Counted from the stretch's first letter, positions 1 through 10,971 are shown. The stretch: DNA of 64,000 nucleotides from Spirochaetia bacterium (GCA_963675665.1 OY776510.1:4160001-4224000); one strand, 5' to 3'. Notes: generated by a model from the letters alone, not told the origin. Translations and numbers: made by a program.

Positions 1-1
1 C

Positions 2-496
2 AAAGCCGATCTTGATAAAACGGTTGCAATGATAATTGACGATTACGAAATTGATGCAAAAGAAAACGGCAGCAAGGGCAGTTACAACAGGCTCGGCATA
101 ACATGCGCGCAGCTCGGCGAATACAACAAAGCTGAGCAGGCGTTCAATTCAGCCCTTTCGATGGACCGGAACTATGTTCCTCCCAAAATAAATCTGGGAA
201 ATGTATACTTCATGAAGGGTGAATACCAGAACGCTTTGCGGCTGCTTCACGGGGCGGAGAATTCGATCAAGGAATCCGGAAAAACCACCTCTTCGTCATA
301 TTCATCCATTCTGCTGTCCATATCAAAATGTTATTACGAACTCGAGAATTTTGACAAGGCAAATGAGTACATGAATACTCTTGCCGAGTTTGATCCGGAA
401 GCCGCAGCGCAAAATTCATATTTATCATCAGGTGAGTCGGGCCAGCGCGCTTCCGACAGGTCATCAAGAAACAGTCTGATATTTGCAGAAGAATAA
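2..496 (+). CDS. TPR-repeat protein, C-terminal part (5' end outside the window)
   Basis: Frame is open from the window edge. TPR-like helices YNRLGITCAQLGEYNKAEQAF, INLGNVYFMKGEYQNA and ISKCYYELENFDKANEY. Confidence 0.8.
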   Translation, partial: KADLDKTVAMIIDDYEIDAKENGSKGSYNRLGITCAQLGEYNKAEQAFNSALSMDRNYVPPKINLGNVYFMKGEYQNALRLLHGAENSIKESGKTTSSSYSSILLSISKCYYELENFDKANEYMNTLAEFDPEAAAQNSYLSSGESGQRASDRSSRNSLIFAEE

Positions 497-510
497 CGGG
501 AGAATTAGTC

Positions 511-3500
511 ATGTTGAATATAAAATCGATAATTAAAAAGGTATCCTTAACGGCAGCAACAGCTGCGGCAGTTCTGACTCTCTCATCCTGCCCCGAACCG
601 ATAACAGCACCGATGGTAGCTCTTGTTGAAGACACCATTCCGCCGACAATAAATATCAGCACTCCCCGCGGCGGCGACAACTATTATTCCAGCGTGACTG
701 TAACAGGAATCATCAGCGACGATGTTCTCGCTGAAGGAGATGAATCGGGCCAGATTACAACTATATACTATGAAATAGCAAACGACGACTTCAGAAAAGG
801 AAAGATCAATATCGGACTCGATGATACGGTAACCGCAGATGAAGACTTCGGAAACGGAACGGTTAGCTATGATCTCACAACAAGGGAATTTTCATTTACT
901 TTTTCAACCATCAGCCCTACAAAACTGAGAGATTCTCTTTCCCTTTACGTCACAGCTGTTGATCGAAATAATAATGAATATACGGAAGAAATCGACCTTC
1001 TGGAAAATGATGGCCCCTGGGTTGAATACTATTATTATACAGCCAATGATTACCTAGTGCAGACTGACACACTTCCGGGTGAAGGCGTAGGCATCAAGGG
1101 AACAATAGCCGATTCTGAATATTCCACTGATACAGCCGATGAATTGGTATCAATCGCTTACGGCCGTGTCGGTTTGTCTTACGGAGCATCGCTTGACATT
1201 ACCGAGGGCTCTGCCGACTGGAACAGCACCAGCGGTTTATTCAGTGCATACGATACATATAACGATCAATTATTGAATTATGATCCCGAATCAAGAGAGT
1301 TCTGGACTTATACAACAGAAGTAGTAGAAGAAGGCACAACCTTTTATGTCAAGGTAACAGATAAATCCGGCCACACCACTGAGGTCCAGAAACTGCTTCC
1401 GCCTCCGGGATCTCTGAACCTGACGACAATTACATCCACTATTCCGTACTATTCATCTTCTGCAATACCTGCCGTCAGCATTCCTATAACAACAAGGGTT
1501 GTCGATCCCAACGACAATATGGTGGAAGATGATGAAGTGAGCAAAATTACATACAGTTTCAGATCCGATTACGGGGAAAGTGTTCCTTCGGAACCTGTCG
1601 AAGTATTCAATATATCTGATCCTGTTCATGCCAATCCTATTGATTTCTGGGATCCCGTGGGAGATAACTCAGATAACGGCCGTTTTAATTTTAATCTGGA
1701 CACATCCGTTCTCGCAGGTTTTAATTATCCGGTAAAACTCAGAGTAGTAGTTTACGACATCGATAACGATGATAACGGCAAAACCCTGGAATTGGAACGC
1801 GATGTTGCCGGCCCCACAATCTCCGTCACAGGTTTTACAACCACCGGCGGCAATTTAACGGGAGGCATAACATATCTTAATAAAACCGACACTGCGATCC
1901 TGACTTTTACCGTTGAAGACGGTCTTTCCGGTATAGCTGACGGCATCAACTCCATAGAATCAATTCTCATTAATGGACAATCTGTTGATACCGCTGATAT
2001 CTCAGCCGTAGGAGACGGTTCCTTTACCGCTGAATACGAATTATCTGATGCTGCTATTCCTGCTGTAGCAAATTTAACATACTCAATTTCTGCAAAAGAT
2101 AATCTGAATAACAATCGCACAACCAGCCCGTTTACAGACAGTAATAAACTTTATTATCCTGACATAACCGATATTACCGAATCTAACTTTACCTGGGCTT
2201 CATCTAATAGTCCTTCCTATTCAGGATGGGCGCGCGCAACCGATACTGTCACAGGCACGGTTACAAGCTCAAGAGTTCTTTCAACCTCAACTACAATTCA
2301 AATAGGTTCACTGACAGCTGTTCCGATTTCTTCCGGTACTCCGTATACTGCAACATCAGCCGCACTTTCGGGAGCGGGCTTCATAACAACCAGGGATGAT
2401 GTAAAATACACCGCATACATCGTTGATGCAGCGGGTAATACGTTCTCAATGACTGATATAGATACCGGAATAGACTATGACGGCTCTGTTCCTACAGCGC
2501 CGTCAGTCCCGACGTGGTCGTACGGCGACTTTATAAATATTTCGGAATACTCGGGAAGCTTAACCCTGACAACCGAATACTCGGGTTCCGGGGCGCTTTC
2601 GGGTGATACGATTGAACTTTACCTTAACAGCATAACGGCAACTCCCCTGGCAGAAGCCGATTATGAATCCGATTTCTCTACACCTGTCACTATTTCAGGA
2701 AGCGAATTGGGCAGTCACGGTTCAAAAACCATATTCGCAAGAATTGTTGATGCCGCAGGAAACGTCGGGGCAGTAAGTTCCGACCTGGAATTCTTTCTGG
2801 ACCTGGTACGGCCGGGCAACCCCGTCTCGATTTCATCGAACGCTGGGGATGATTATATCAACAAGGCGGAATACGACAGCACTACTAATATAGCTGTTAC
2901 GGTCGGCTACGGCTCATCCAACAGTGATGATGATATAAGACTGTCCTATAACGGCCATACGCAAACAGTTGGATATGACCCGGGGCTTTCGTCGACATTT
3001 TCCATTGCCGACCTTGAGCTTGTGACCGGTGACAACGACTTTTATGCATACACCGTTGACGAAGCCGGAAATGAATGCGCGACACCACAGGAACTGACCC
3101 TGATTCTGGACACTACCCCGCCCGCTACGCCAAGCGATATCGCAGCCCCGTCCGGCGGTGATTATATCAACGCTGCGGATCTTTCCGGTGATGATGTATA
3201 TATTACTGTCACATATAACAATGCCGGCGTTAACAAAGTAACGCTGGGTCTCGGTTCATATACCTATACCGAAATGGATGATACCGACGGAGAAACGGTT
3301 TTCACCGTGCCCAAGACGGACTTAGACACACCATCAAGCACTTTTACAGCCAAGACTACAGATATTGCCGGCAACGACAGTTCCGAAGCAACCATAACCC
3401 TGGACGTTGATGTTGACCCGCCGGGTGACCCGACTTCAATAACTACAGCATCAAACGAGGGTTATATAAATCTTTCAGACATTTCAGCCGGCAACGCACT

Positions 3501-5772
3501 AGTTACCGTTAATTATCCGCCGACGGACGTAAGCACAGTCAAGCTTGTTCTGGACACTCATACGTACACGGTAACCGACGATACGGACGGAAGCACCACC
3601 TTTGAAGTTCCCGAAGGCCACCTCACGGCTTCAAGTACTTTCGAGGCTTATACGGAGGACAGCGCCCAAAACAAGAGCACCTCGATTTATGAAACATTCA
3701 CAGTGGATACTGTTCTTCCGGGAGCTCCGTCAGATCTTTCAGCGCCATCCGGAGGAACTTACATTAACTCGGGCGATATTGACGGCGGGAATGTTATCAT
3801 CACCGTTACATATTCAACTACAGATGTAACGGAAGTCTCGCTGACGCTTGGAGGAGACACTTATACAAGCACAAGTATTACAGGCTCAACCGCCTTTACA
3901 ATACCGGAAGCAGACCTTTCCGGTTCCAACAATTTTACGGCAGCCACTGAAGATGAAGCCGGTAACATGAGTTCATTTCCTAAAACCCTGACACTGGACA
4001 CCACCCCGCCGGCAACCCCGACGGATATTGCAGCACCGTCAGGCGGAGACTACATTAACTCGGACGATATTGTCGGCGGAAATGTAATTATTACCGTTAC
4101 ATACCCCACAACCGGTGGCATAAGCAAGGTTTCGCTGACGCTTGGTACGGCTACTTCTACAAACATTACAGATCTTGACGGCTCAACAGATTTCACTATA
4201 TCCAGTGGAGACTTGTCAGGCAGCAATGCCTTCAGCGCAACTACTGAAGATGCCGCGGGTAATGAAAGCGCCGCTTTAGATGTTACGCTTACAAGAGACA
4301 CCACACCGCCTGTTGATCCTGTATCAATAGACTCCAGTGAAAGTGATGCTTATATCAACTCTGCCGAATATGCCGCAAATAATCTAATTATAACGGTTGA
4401 GTACAGCTCGTCAAACAGCGCTGATCAAATACGACTTGATTACAACAGCCAGTCTCAGACAGATAATTATCAATCCGGCAACTCATCCACCTTCTCCATT
4501 CCAAACACCCATTTGGTTTCAGGAGAAAACACCTTTACAGCATATACGGTTGATGCGGCAGGAAATGAATGCGCTATCCCGCAAAGCCTTGCCTTAACAC
4601 TCGATACTGTTCCGCCAGTCGCGCCGGAATCGATAGAAGCAAACGATGCAGACCTGTATATCAATCTAACTGAATACGGCGACTCAACCGATACTGAAAT
4701 TACAGTAAATTATGATAATGTAAACAGCAGCGACAGTATCAGGCTCTACCATAACGGCACGCCGCAAACCGTCGTCTATGATGCCAGCAAGAAATCAACT
4801 TTCACCTTTGCGGATGATACAGATCTTGTTATCGGAGATAACATTTTCAACGCTTACACAGTCGATACTGCCGGCAATGAAAGTACGGCAGTATCTTTAA
4901 CTGTTCATGTGGATATAACCGCGCCTTCTTTCTCTGATGCTGCCTATGGTGAACATGTCGACGAGTTTGAAATCGCACCTGCAATTACTGAAGAAGGTTC
5001 TGGTATCGAAACCTATATCTGGGCTGTAGCATCCTCTCCTGTGGGTTCAAGCTATTCTTTTACAGCCCCCGTTGACGGTTCCCTGGTTGTAGGCGCAGAC
5101 GGTGCGTATGCTGATCTTCTTCTCAGCGATACTATTGGTGGCTCCGATGACGGTGATTATACTGTCAGCCTGACAGTCGATGATGTAGCCGGGAATTCGG
5201 CAACCCATAATTTTACATTTAAATGGACAGGAGATGGTTCAGGAAGATCACTAACTTTAACTAAGCCTGTAAACTCAACAGGCACATCTTCCGGTTCAGA
5301 CAACTCCTCAGGCTCTTCAGGCAGCCGAATCAACACCTATGACTTCAGCAACAACACCGCTGAATCAGTCGATTCAGGGCAATATAACCTTCGCAATGTT
5401 TCTTCAACCTCAGTCGCCCGCAGAACGGGCAGTTACAGCGGAGGGTTATTCGGACGCACGGCGGCGGCAACAGTAAACGCGTCAGCAGAAAAACCTGTTG
5501 CAGAAACAGACAAAACAAAATCCTCGACTGTTGCTGAAAAACAACCCGCTGCCGACGAAGCCGTTCAGGAATCAATCCCGGACGTTTCGGCGCAATTGGC
5601 CCCGGTTGCGTCTTCCGCTGTCAAGGCCTTAGCTTCGGCAACCGGCAACAGCGCAGTCTCTGCTGCTTCGGAAATTCAACCCGAAAGGGAGAAGAACCGC
5701 AGCGCCATGCTGCTTCTGATTATTCCGGGAGCGGCCGCAGGAATTGTGATTTTCAGAAAGCGCAGACTCTGA
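511..5772 (+). CDS. Large surface lipoprotein/adhesin with tandem bacterial Ig-like repeats and a C-terminal hydrophobic anchor
   Basis: Lipobox-like LTLSS-C27. About 8 repeats of ~100 aa of the form DTxPPxxP...(Y/F)IN...T(V/E)DxAGN, a Ser/Ala-rich linker, and the C-terminus AMLLLIIPGAAAGIVIFRKRRL. Confidence 0.85.
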   Translation: MLNIKSIIKKVSLTAATAAAVLTLSSCPEPITAPMVALVEDTIPPTINISTPRGGDNYYSSVTVTGIISDDVLAEGDESGQITTIYYEIANDDFRKGKINIGLDDTVTADEDFGNGTVSYDLTTREFSFTFSTISPTKLRDSLSLYVTAVDRNNNEYTEEIDLLENDGPWVEYYYYTANDYLVQTDTLPGEGVGIKGTIADSEYSTDTADELVSIAYGRVGLSYGASLDITEGSADWNSTSGLFSAYDTYNDQLLNYDPESREFWTYTTEVVEEGTTFYVKVTDKSGHTTEVQKLLPPPGSLNLTTITSTIPYYSSSAIPAVSIPITTRVVDPNDNMVEDDEVSKITYSFRSDYGESVPSEPVEVFNISDPVHANPIDFWDPVGDNSDNGRFNFNLDTSVLAGFNYPVKLRVVVYDIDNDDNGKTLELERDVAGPTISVTGFTTTGGNLTGGITYLNKTDTAILTFTVEDGLSGIADGINSIESILINGQSVDTADISAVGDGSFTAEYELSDAAIPAVANLTYSISAKDNLNNNRTTSPFTDSNKLYYPDITDITESNFTWASSNSPSYSGWARATDTVTGTVTSSRVLSTSTTIQIGSLTAVPISSGTPYTATSAALSGAGFITTRDDVKYTAYIVDAAGNTFSMTDIDTGIDYDGSVPTAPSVPTWSYGDFINISEYSGSLTLTTEYSGSGALSGDTIELYLNSITATPLAEADYESDFSTPVTISGSELGSHGSKTIFARIVDAAGNVGAVSSDLEFFLDLVRPGNPVSISSNAGDDYINKAEYDSTTNIAVTVGYGSSNSDDDIRLSYNGHTQTVGYDPGLSSTFSIADLELVTGDNDFYAYTVDEAGNECATPQELTLILDTTPPATPSDIAAPSGGDYINAADLSGDDVYITVTYNNAGVNKVTLGLGSYTYTEMDDTDGETVFTVPKTDLDTPSSTFTAKTTDIAGNDSSEATITLDVDVDPPGDPTSITTASNEGYINLSDISAGNALVTVNYPPTDVSTVKLVLDTHTYTVTDDTDGSTTFEVPEGHLTASSTFEAYTEDSAQNKSTSIYETFTVDTVLPGAPSDLSAPSGGTYINSGDIDGGNVIITVTYSTTDVTEVSLTLGGDTYTSTSITGSTAFTIPEADLSGSNNFTAATEDEAGNMSSFPKTLTLDTTPPATPTDIAAPSGGDYINSDDIVGGNVIITVTYPTTGGISKVSLTLGTATSTNITDLDGSTDFTISSGDLSGSNAFSATTEDAAGNESAALDVTLTRDTTPPVDPVSIDSSESDAYINSAEYAANNLIITVEYSSSNSADQIRLDYNSQSQTDNYQSGNSSTFSIPNTHLVSGENTFTAYTVDAAGNECAIPQSLALTLDTVPPVAPESIEANDADLYINLTEYGDSTDTEITVNYDNVNSSDSIRLYHNGTPQTVVYDASKKSTFTFADDTDLVIGDNIFNAYTVDTAGNESTAVSLTVHVDITAPSFSDAAYGEHVDEFEIAPAITEEGSGIETYIWAVASSPVGSSYSFTAPVDGSLVVGADGAYADLLLSDTIGGSDDGDYTVSLTVDDVAGNSATHNFTFKWTGDGSGRSLTLTKPVNSTGTSSGSDNSSGSSGSRINTYDFSNNTAESVDSGQYNLRNVSSTSVARRTGSYSGGLFGRTAAATVNASAEKPVAETDKTKSSTVAEKQPAADEAVQESIPDVSAQLAPVASSAVKALASATGNSAVSAASEIQPEREKNRSAMLLLIIPGAAAGIVIFRKRRL

Positions 5773-5785
5773 TATACTGTTGCCA

Positions 5786-8700
5786 ATGAAGACAGTTAAA
5801 ACAGTTGCAGCGGTTCTAATAATTTGTTTGGCATATTCTTCCTGCGGTAAAAAGCAGGAAGAAGCCGGCTCCGAAACTTCTGCACAAAAATCAATTCCTG
5901 CAGTGGAGAGCCCTGCCGAACCTGTTGCTGAACCTGAAACGAATGCCGTTACCGAACCATGGCCGGAAGAAAACAATACGCAGCCTGAAACGTCTTCACC
6001 TTACACGCAGGAAGATCTGTCTGATGTCAAGGAACCCCCTGTCTACCCCCCTGCTGAAAAGCTCAGCAAGGCATCAACAAGTCGTGATAATACAGGTATA
6101 ACAACTCAGACGCCGGCCAGGACGCTAGGCGAATCGTTTCTGGCAGTTATGGTTGACAAGGAATCGGGTTTGGATCCTGTTGTTAAACCTCTGCATGAAC
6201 TTGTCATTGTACCGGAACAGGTTACTGTACCCGAACCTGTAACCGCATCCGCCGGAACCGGCGCCGCTTTGCCCGTGATTATTGAGACGGACAGTCCCGA
6301 GATAATGTTGGTCAACCCGGAATTCACCTCTTTTTACGAAGAACAGGTTGAGGTACGCGGATATTTTTCAGGATTCAGTAATATTGAATCTGCAGGATGG
6401 GAACTTGCCGGCACTGAACAGAAAGGAGAACTTCCGAAAATAAATAACGAATTCTTTAGTTTTACGATTGATACAACAGGCTTAACCGATACGCTGGCCG
6501 TCAGAATAAAAGCTGCAAGCTCTTCCGGCAACACGGCGGAAGCTTTAAGAATACTTCTGAACGACAACACCGGCCCCGGAATCAATATTACACAACCGGC
6601 AAACAACAGTCTTTTATCGGAAGCAGAATACATCAGGGGCAAAAGCGGAAAATCGTCTGAAATCCATGCCGAAATCATAGGAAGCAGCATTACATATCCT
6701 GTTTCACAGGGCCCGGACGGCAGTTTTACAATAGATACGGTTGATATGATAAACTCAAGCGGATTTTCCGGGGCTGATGATGAAGATATAATCGTTAAAC
6801 TCACTGCAGATGATTTCAACGGCAATTCTTCAACAGAGTTCCTGGCCCTGAAGCAAAAAAATCAAACAAATGCCATTATAATAAAATCTCCCGCCGACGC
6901 TGATTTTTTCGGCGACGAGATAACAGTATCAGGTACTGTAAATGGCATAAGCGGACTTGACTGGGATATTCCAGGCACAGGACTGTCCGGAACCGTCCCG
7001 CTCGCAGATCAGGCATTTGAGTTACCGCTCCGACTTTCAGGTCTGGGCGACAGAATGATATTAAGATTTTCGGGAAAAGTCTCCGGCGCTGCCGTATCAA
7101 CCACCATCAGACTGACAAACATGGGCAAAACGCCTGCTGTAGCTGTAGCCTCCCCGGTCTACGATCAGTTTTATAAAGACAGCGTCACCCTGAGCGGTGA
7201 CGTTGGCGGCAATGAAGGCGCGTCAATTGATTCCATTAAAAGTCTTTACTGGGGAATCCCGGGTACTGAAAATACAGGCAACCTGTTATTCTTCGATGTA
7301 GACGGAAAATTTAATCTGGACATCTATACCGGTAATTACAGCGGTGTTCTTCCTCTTGAGATTACAGTTGAAGATTACAACAGCAATATCAGCAGTCAAA
7401 TTTTAAAATTGCTGGACGGCAAAGCGCTGCCTTCAATAAAACTTGCAATGCCTTCCAGCGGATCGGAATACGGAGCTTTTATCGATATAGCCGGTAAAAT
7501 TTTTGACCCCTATTCCGGTACGCCTTACGGCGGAATCAGGGAAGCTTTATATGAAATAGTATCAACCGAGAATTACAAATCTGAACCGCTGAAGGGAGCA
7601 ATCGAATTATCTGACGACTACGGCTTTATCCTGCAGATTCCCGCAATTGAACTTGACGGAGATCAGCAGATTATATTAACGGCGACAGCTTCAAACGATA
7701 ATTTTTCTGAACAGATAATTCCGGTACGCAAGAGCGAATACGACATAACGAGTTTCAGCCTGTCGGCAGTTGACGGAACTATTACCGCCGACTGGAACCC
7801 TATACAGTCTGAATCGTCTTATACCCTCCAGCTGACTGACGACGGAAGCGAGCCGTCTGAAGGCAACCCGGTTTTATTTGAAAATGCCTATCCCCCATTC
7901 AGTATCAGCGGACTTGAAAACGGTAAACTCTACAAAGCCCGCATTCTCGCTGAAACAGTATATGGAACTCTATCTTCTTCTACCCAGTCGGCAATACCGG
8001 TGTCTCCGGCGACCTTTAGCCTGAGTGCATCCGGTGAATTCAAAAAAATTAAACTTGACTGGAAAGATCTGATCGGTTCTGATACTTTTACAATCTATCG
8101 TTCTGAAAATAAAAACACTGATTATCAATTGCTCAAAAGCAGCATATCAAAATCCGAGTATACCGATCGTGATATCATGTACGGAAAAAATTACTATTAT
8201 TATGTCACTCCGGATAACTATGAATATGCTAAAAGCGGAATTGCAGCTTCATCAATGCAGCAGGCGCCCAAAGAACGCCTTCAAATGCTTAACAGCATCT
8301 CCTCTTTTACGGCTTCCGATATTAACGTCACCGGTAGTTATGCTTATATCGCAGCCGGAAAAGACGGACTGAGAATTGTGGATCTTACGGACCCTGATGA
8401 TCTTTTTGTGACCGGCGCTGTAGAAGGAATTCAGGCCGACGCCGTCACAGTTCGCGGAGAATATGCTTATATAGCCGGCGGCGACAGCGGTCTCAATATT
8501 GTAAACATAAGCGATCCTGCTGTACCTTTCGTGGTCGGTAACAGAACAACAATTGAAGCCTCCGATATCTGTCTTAAGGACAATTATGCTTACATTGCCG
8601 ATAAAGCCAGCGGTATCAAGATAATTAATATTTCAGATTCAAAAAATCCATCCAGATCCGGGACTGTAAATGATGTTAATTCCTCGGTTGTCAGCGTCTC

Positions 8701-10015
8701 CGGGAATTATCTTTTCAGTAATGATGTTTCGGGTGTTCATATTTATGATATCAGTAACGAATCCAATCCTGTTGAAATATCCTTTTTTAAATTAGCCGAT
8801 ATTACAGATATCAGGATAAACGATATATACTGCTATATTTTATCGGAGAAGACCGGGTTAAACATTTACGATATTTCCGACATTGAAAATCCTGTTTTTC
8901 TCTCTGATTTCAGTCTTGCTTCCGCCGTGAAAATTGCAGTGACCAGTACTCATGCTTATATAGCTGACGGGTACGGCGGTCTTAAAATTATCAATATAAC
9001 AAATCCGCTGCACCCTGTAATTTTTGATTCAATCGAGAGCGGAAATACAACGGCTGTCGACCTTCTTGGAGAATATGTCATTATAGCTGAAGAAAAAGGC
9101 TTGTCTGCAATTCAGACATTTATTCAGGGTATTTCATTTGTTCTCAACAAAATTTTTCTTAACGGTAAAATATCAAATATTTCATTATTCAGAAACTTTG
9201 CTTTTGTTCCCGCAAAAGAGCATGGTCTAAAAGTGCTGGATGTATCTTCTCCTTCAGCACCTGCAGAACTTGAAACTGCTCCGGGAATAGAATACAGCAG
9301 CATTGCCGGAATCTCAGGTAACAGGTTAATTCTTAATACCTCTTCCGATACAATTAATATTTATGATATTAATACAGCTCATCCGGAAATTCTGTCAGGC
9401 TCACCTGCTGTTGTAACTCTTCTTTCGGATATTAAAAACATCAGTATAAATAACAACTCCGCCGGAGAAGAGATTTTATGTGTCTGCACTGACGGCGGCG
9501 GCGTCTCATTTATCAGAAACGGTGAACTTTCCGGAAATATAAAATCAATAGACACAAGAGAATGCCTGTTAGTCAATGAAACAGCCTATTTAAGCGATCA
9601 CAGGGCCGGGTTAATGATTTATGATGTTTCTGATTTGGATAATCCTGAATTTTTATCCAGTATTGAAATTCAGAATGCTGATTTTATGCTGATCGGCGAA
9701 AACCATTTATATTTGTCAGGCAGAAAGGGCATCCATATTTTTGATATAACCATCCCTACAGAACCTGAAGAGACCGGGTTTATTAAAACATCCTACGCTG
9801 AAAAAGCTGTATTAAGAAAGAAGTTTCTTTATGTTGCTGAAGGCTACAAAGGCCTGAAAGTCTATGATATAAGTAATCCTTCAAATCCCCAGCTGGTAAG
9901 CCTGTGCGATACTGTTTACGCTTCAGACCTTGCAGTATCGGATGATTATGTATTTATCACGGACGGTACCGGAATCAATACTGTCAGAGTATTCATTCCC
10001 GACTGGCTAAAATAA
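5786..10015 (+). CDS. Lipoprotein with Ig/FN3-like domains and a C-terminal LVIVD-repeat beta-propeller region
   Basis: ATG 5786 preferred over TTG 5780. Lipobox LAYSS-C, Pro/Glu-rich N-terminal linker, FN3-like LDW...IYRS...YTD...YYYYV, and many YAYIA.G..GL.IVD.SDP repeats. Confidence 0.85.
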   Translation: MKTVKTVAAVLIICLAYSSCGKKQEEAGSETSAQKSIPAVESPAEPVAEPETNAVTEPWPEENNTQPETSSPYTQEDLSDVKEPPVYPPAEKLSKASTSRDNTGITTQTPARTLGESFLAVMVDKESGLDPVVKPLHELVIVPEQVTVPEPVTASAGTGAALPVIIETDSPEIMLVNPEFTSFYEEQVEVRGYFSGFSNIESAGWELAGTEQKGELPKINNEFFSFTIDTTGLTDTLAVRIKAASSSGNTAEALRILLNDNTGPGINITQPANNSLLSEAEYIRGKSGKSSEIHAEIIGSSITYPVSQGPDGSFTIDTVDMINSSGFSGADDEDIIVKLTADDFNGNSSTEFLALKQKNQTNAIIIKSPADADFFGDEITVSGTVNGISGLDWDIPGTGLSGTVPLADQAFELPLRLSGLGDRMILRFSGKVSGAAVSTTIRLTNMGKTPAVAVASPVYDQFYKDSVTLSGDVGGNEGASIDSIKSLYWGIPGTENTGNLLFFDVDGKFNLDIYTGNYSGVLPLEITVEDYNSNISSQILKLLDGKALPSIKLAMPSSGSEYGAFIDIAGKIFDPYSGTPYGGIREALYEIVSTENYKSEPLKGAIELSDDYGFILQIPAIELDGDQQIILTATASNDNFSEQIIPVRKSEYDITSFSLSAVDGTITADWNPIQSESSYTLQLTDDGSEPSEGNPVLFENAYPPFSISGLENGKLYKARILAETVYGTLSSSTQSAIPVSPATFSLSASGEFKKIKLDWKDLIGSDTFTIYRSENKNTDYQLLKSSISKSEYTDRDIMYGKNYYYYVTPDNYEYAKSGIAASSMQQAPKERLQMLNSISSFTASDINVTGSYAYIAAGKDGLRIVDLTDPDDLFVTGAVEGIQADAVTVRGEYAYIAGGDSGLNIVNISDPAVPFVVGNRTTIEASDICLKDNYAYIADKASGIKIINISDSKNPSRSGTVNDVNSSVVSVSGNYLFSNDVSGVHIYDISNESNPVEISFFKLADITDIRINDIYCYILSEKTGLNIYDISDIENPVFLSDFSLASAVKIAVTSTHAYIADGYGGLKIINITNPLHPVIFDSIESGNTTAVDLLGEYVIIAEEKGLSAIQTFIQGISFVLNKIFLNGKISNISLFRNFAFVPAKEHGLKVLDVSSPSAPAELETAPGIEYSSIAGISGNRLILNTSSDTINIYDINTAHPEILSGSPAVVTLLSDIKNISINNNSAGEEILCVCTDGGGVSFIRNGELSGNIKSIDTRECLLVNETAYLSDHRAGLMIYDVSDLDNPEFLSSIEIQNADFMLIGENHLYLSGRKGIHIFDITIPTEPEETGFIKTSYAEKAVLRKKFLYVAEGYKGLKVYDISNPSNPQLVSLCDTVYASDLAVSDDYVFITDGTGINTVRVFIPDWLK

Positions 10016-10017
10016 AA

Positions 10018-10045
10018 GGGATACGGCCCATCAGAGCTGTATCCC
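10018..10045. terminator. Hairpin between convergent genes, probable terminator
   Basis: GGGATACGGC-loop-GCTGTATCCC directly after the stop at 10015, with a short A run on its left. Confidence 0.6.
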
Positions 10046-10068
10046 CATTCGTTTTGTATCTTAATTAT

Positions 10069-10971
10069 CTAAAGATTATTTTTGTATGATTTTGCAGCTT
10101 TCGCAGTTTCCGAACCGGGATCCAGCGCGATCAGCTTGTTTATAGCGGTTTGTGCTGCATTCTTGTTACCGCTGTTATTTCCTGCTACTGCAATCATGAA
10201 ATAAATATCCTGCAGTTTCTGAGGAGTATTCTTTCCTGCTGAAACATCATAATCTTCAAGAAAGCTGAAAGCTTCATCGTAAGCGAAACTTTCTACCAGC
10301 AACTGGCCTTTCAGAAGATAAAAATCGGTATAATACTCTGAATCATCTTCTACATCAGCCATATCCAGGTTTGTCAAAGCATCTGCATAATTACCGCCTA
10401 GTGCTGCAGTCAAGCCGAGAAAATACAGTGCTTCGCTTTCTTCATATAAATCAGCTGCATAATCATATGCTTCTGAAAAATAAGATTCGGCTTCTTCAAG
10501 ATCTCCTTCTTCAAGAGCACTCTTTCCGTCTGATATAAGTTCTGCAGTTTCACTGCTCATCCAGTCAACAGTAACGGTTTCTGCCTCTGCAGCTCGAACT
10601 CCTCCGACTGTCGTCTGGGTTTTATTTGAATCTTCCTGCAACAGGGTTTTAAATTTTCCCGAAAAAAGCGACCCCATACCTGCATTGGCTACATCGTTTT
10701 TGGCCCCGACCAGTTTTTTAAGTTCGTATGTTCCGGCTCTGGACAGCTTGATGGTATCGTTGCCGTAGAGAAATTCTGCATAGGAATCCTCATCAAGTCG
10801 TACAACCGCATCTTCGGGTAACGAATCACCTATAAATACTTCATACCAACTGCCGCTTTCCTTTACATCAAGTATTCCGTCAACATATTCGGTGATAAAA
10901 TCAAGGGAAATTGCCGGGAAAACTGCAATAATCAACAGACCTGCAAGCGCGATTAATTTCTTCATATACAA
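10069..10971 (-). CDS. Exported protein with FecR-like N-terminal beta domain and C-terminal TPRs
   Basis: Signal peptide. YVDGILDV...W...IGDSL...VRL...S.AE and VGGVRA are FecR-like. TPR helices such as EALYFLGLTAALGGNYADAL. Confidence 0.65.
   Translation of the reverse strand: MYMKKLIALAGLLIIAVFPAISLDFITEYVDGILDVKESGSWYEVFIGDSLPEDAVVRLDEDSYAEFLYGNDTIKLSRAGTYELKKLVGAKNDVANAGMGSLFSGKFKTLLQEDSNKTQTTVGGVRAAEAETVTVDWMSSETAELISDGKSALEEGDLEEAESYFSEAYDYAADLYEESEALYFLGLTAALGGNYADALTNLDMADVEDDSEYYTDFYLLKGQLLVESFAYDEAFSFLEDYDVSAGKNTPQKLQDIYFMIAVAGNNSGNKNAAQTAINKLIALDPGSETAKAAKSYKNNL

Noticed and set aside
2480-4900. DNA-level repeats in the Ig-repeat gene as a recombination or variation cassette
   Set aside because: The units are strongly diverged at synonymous sites and are explained by old domain duplications.
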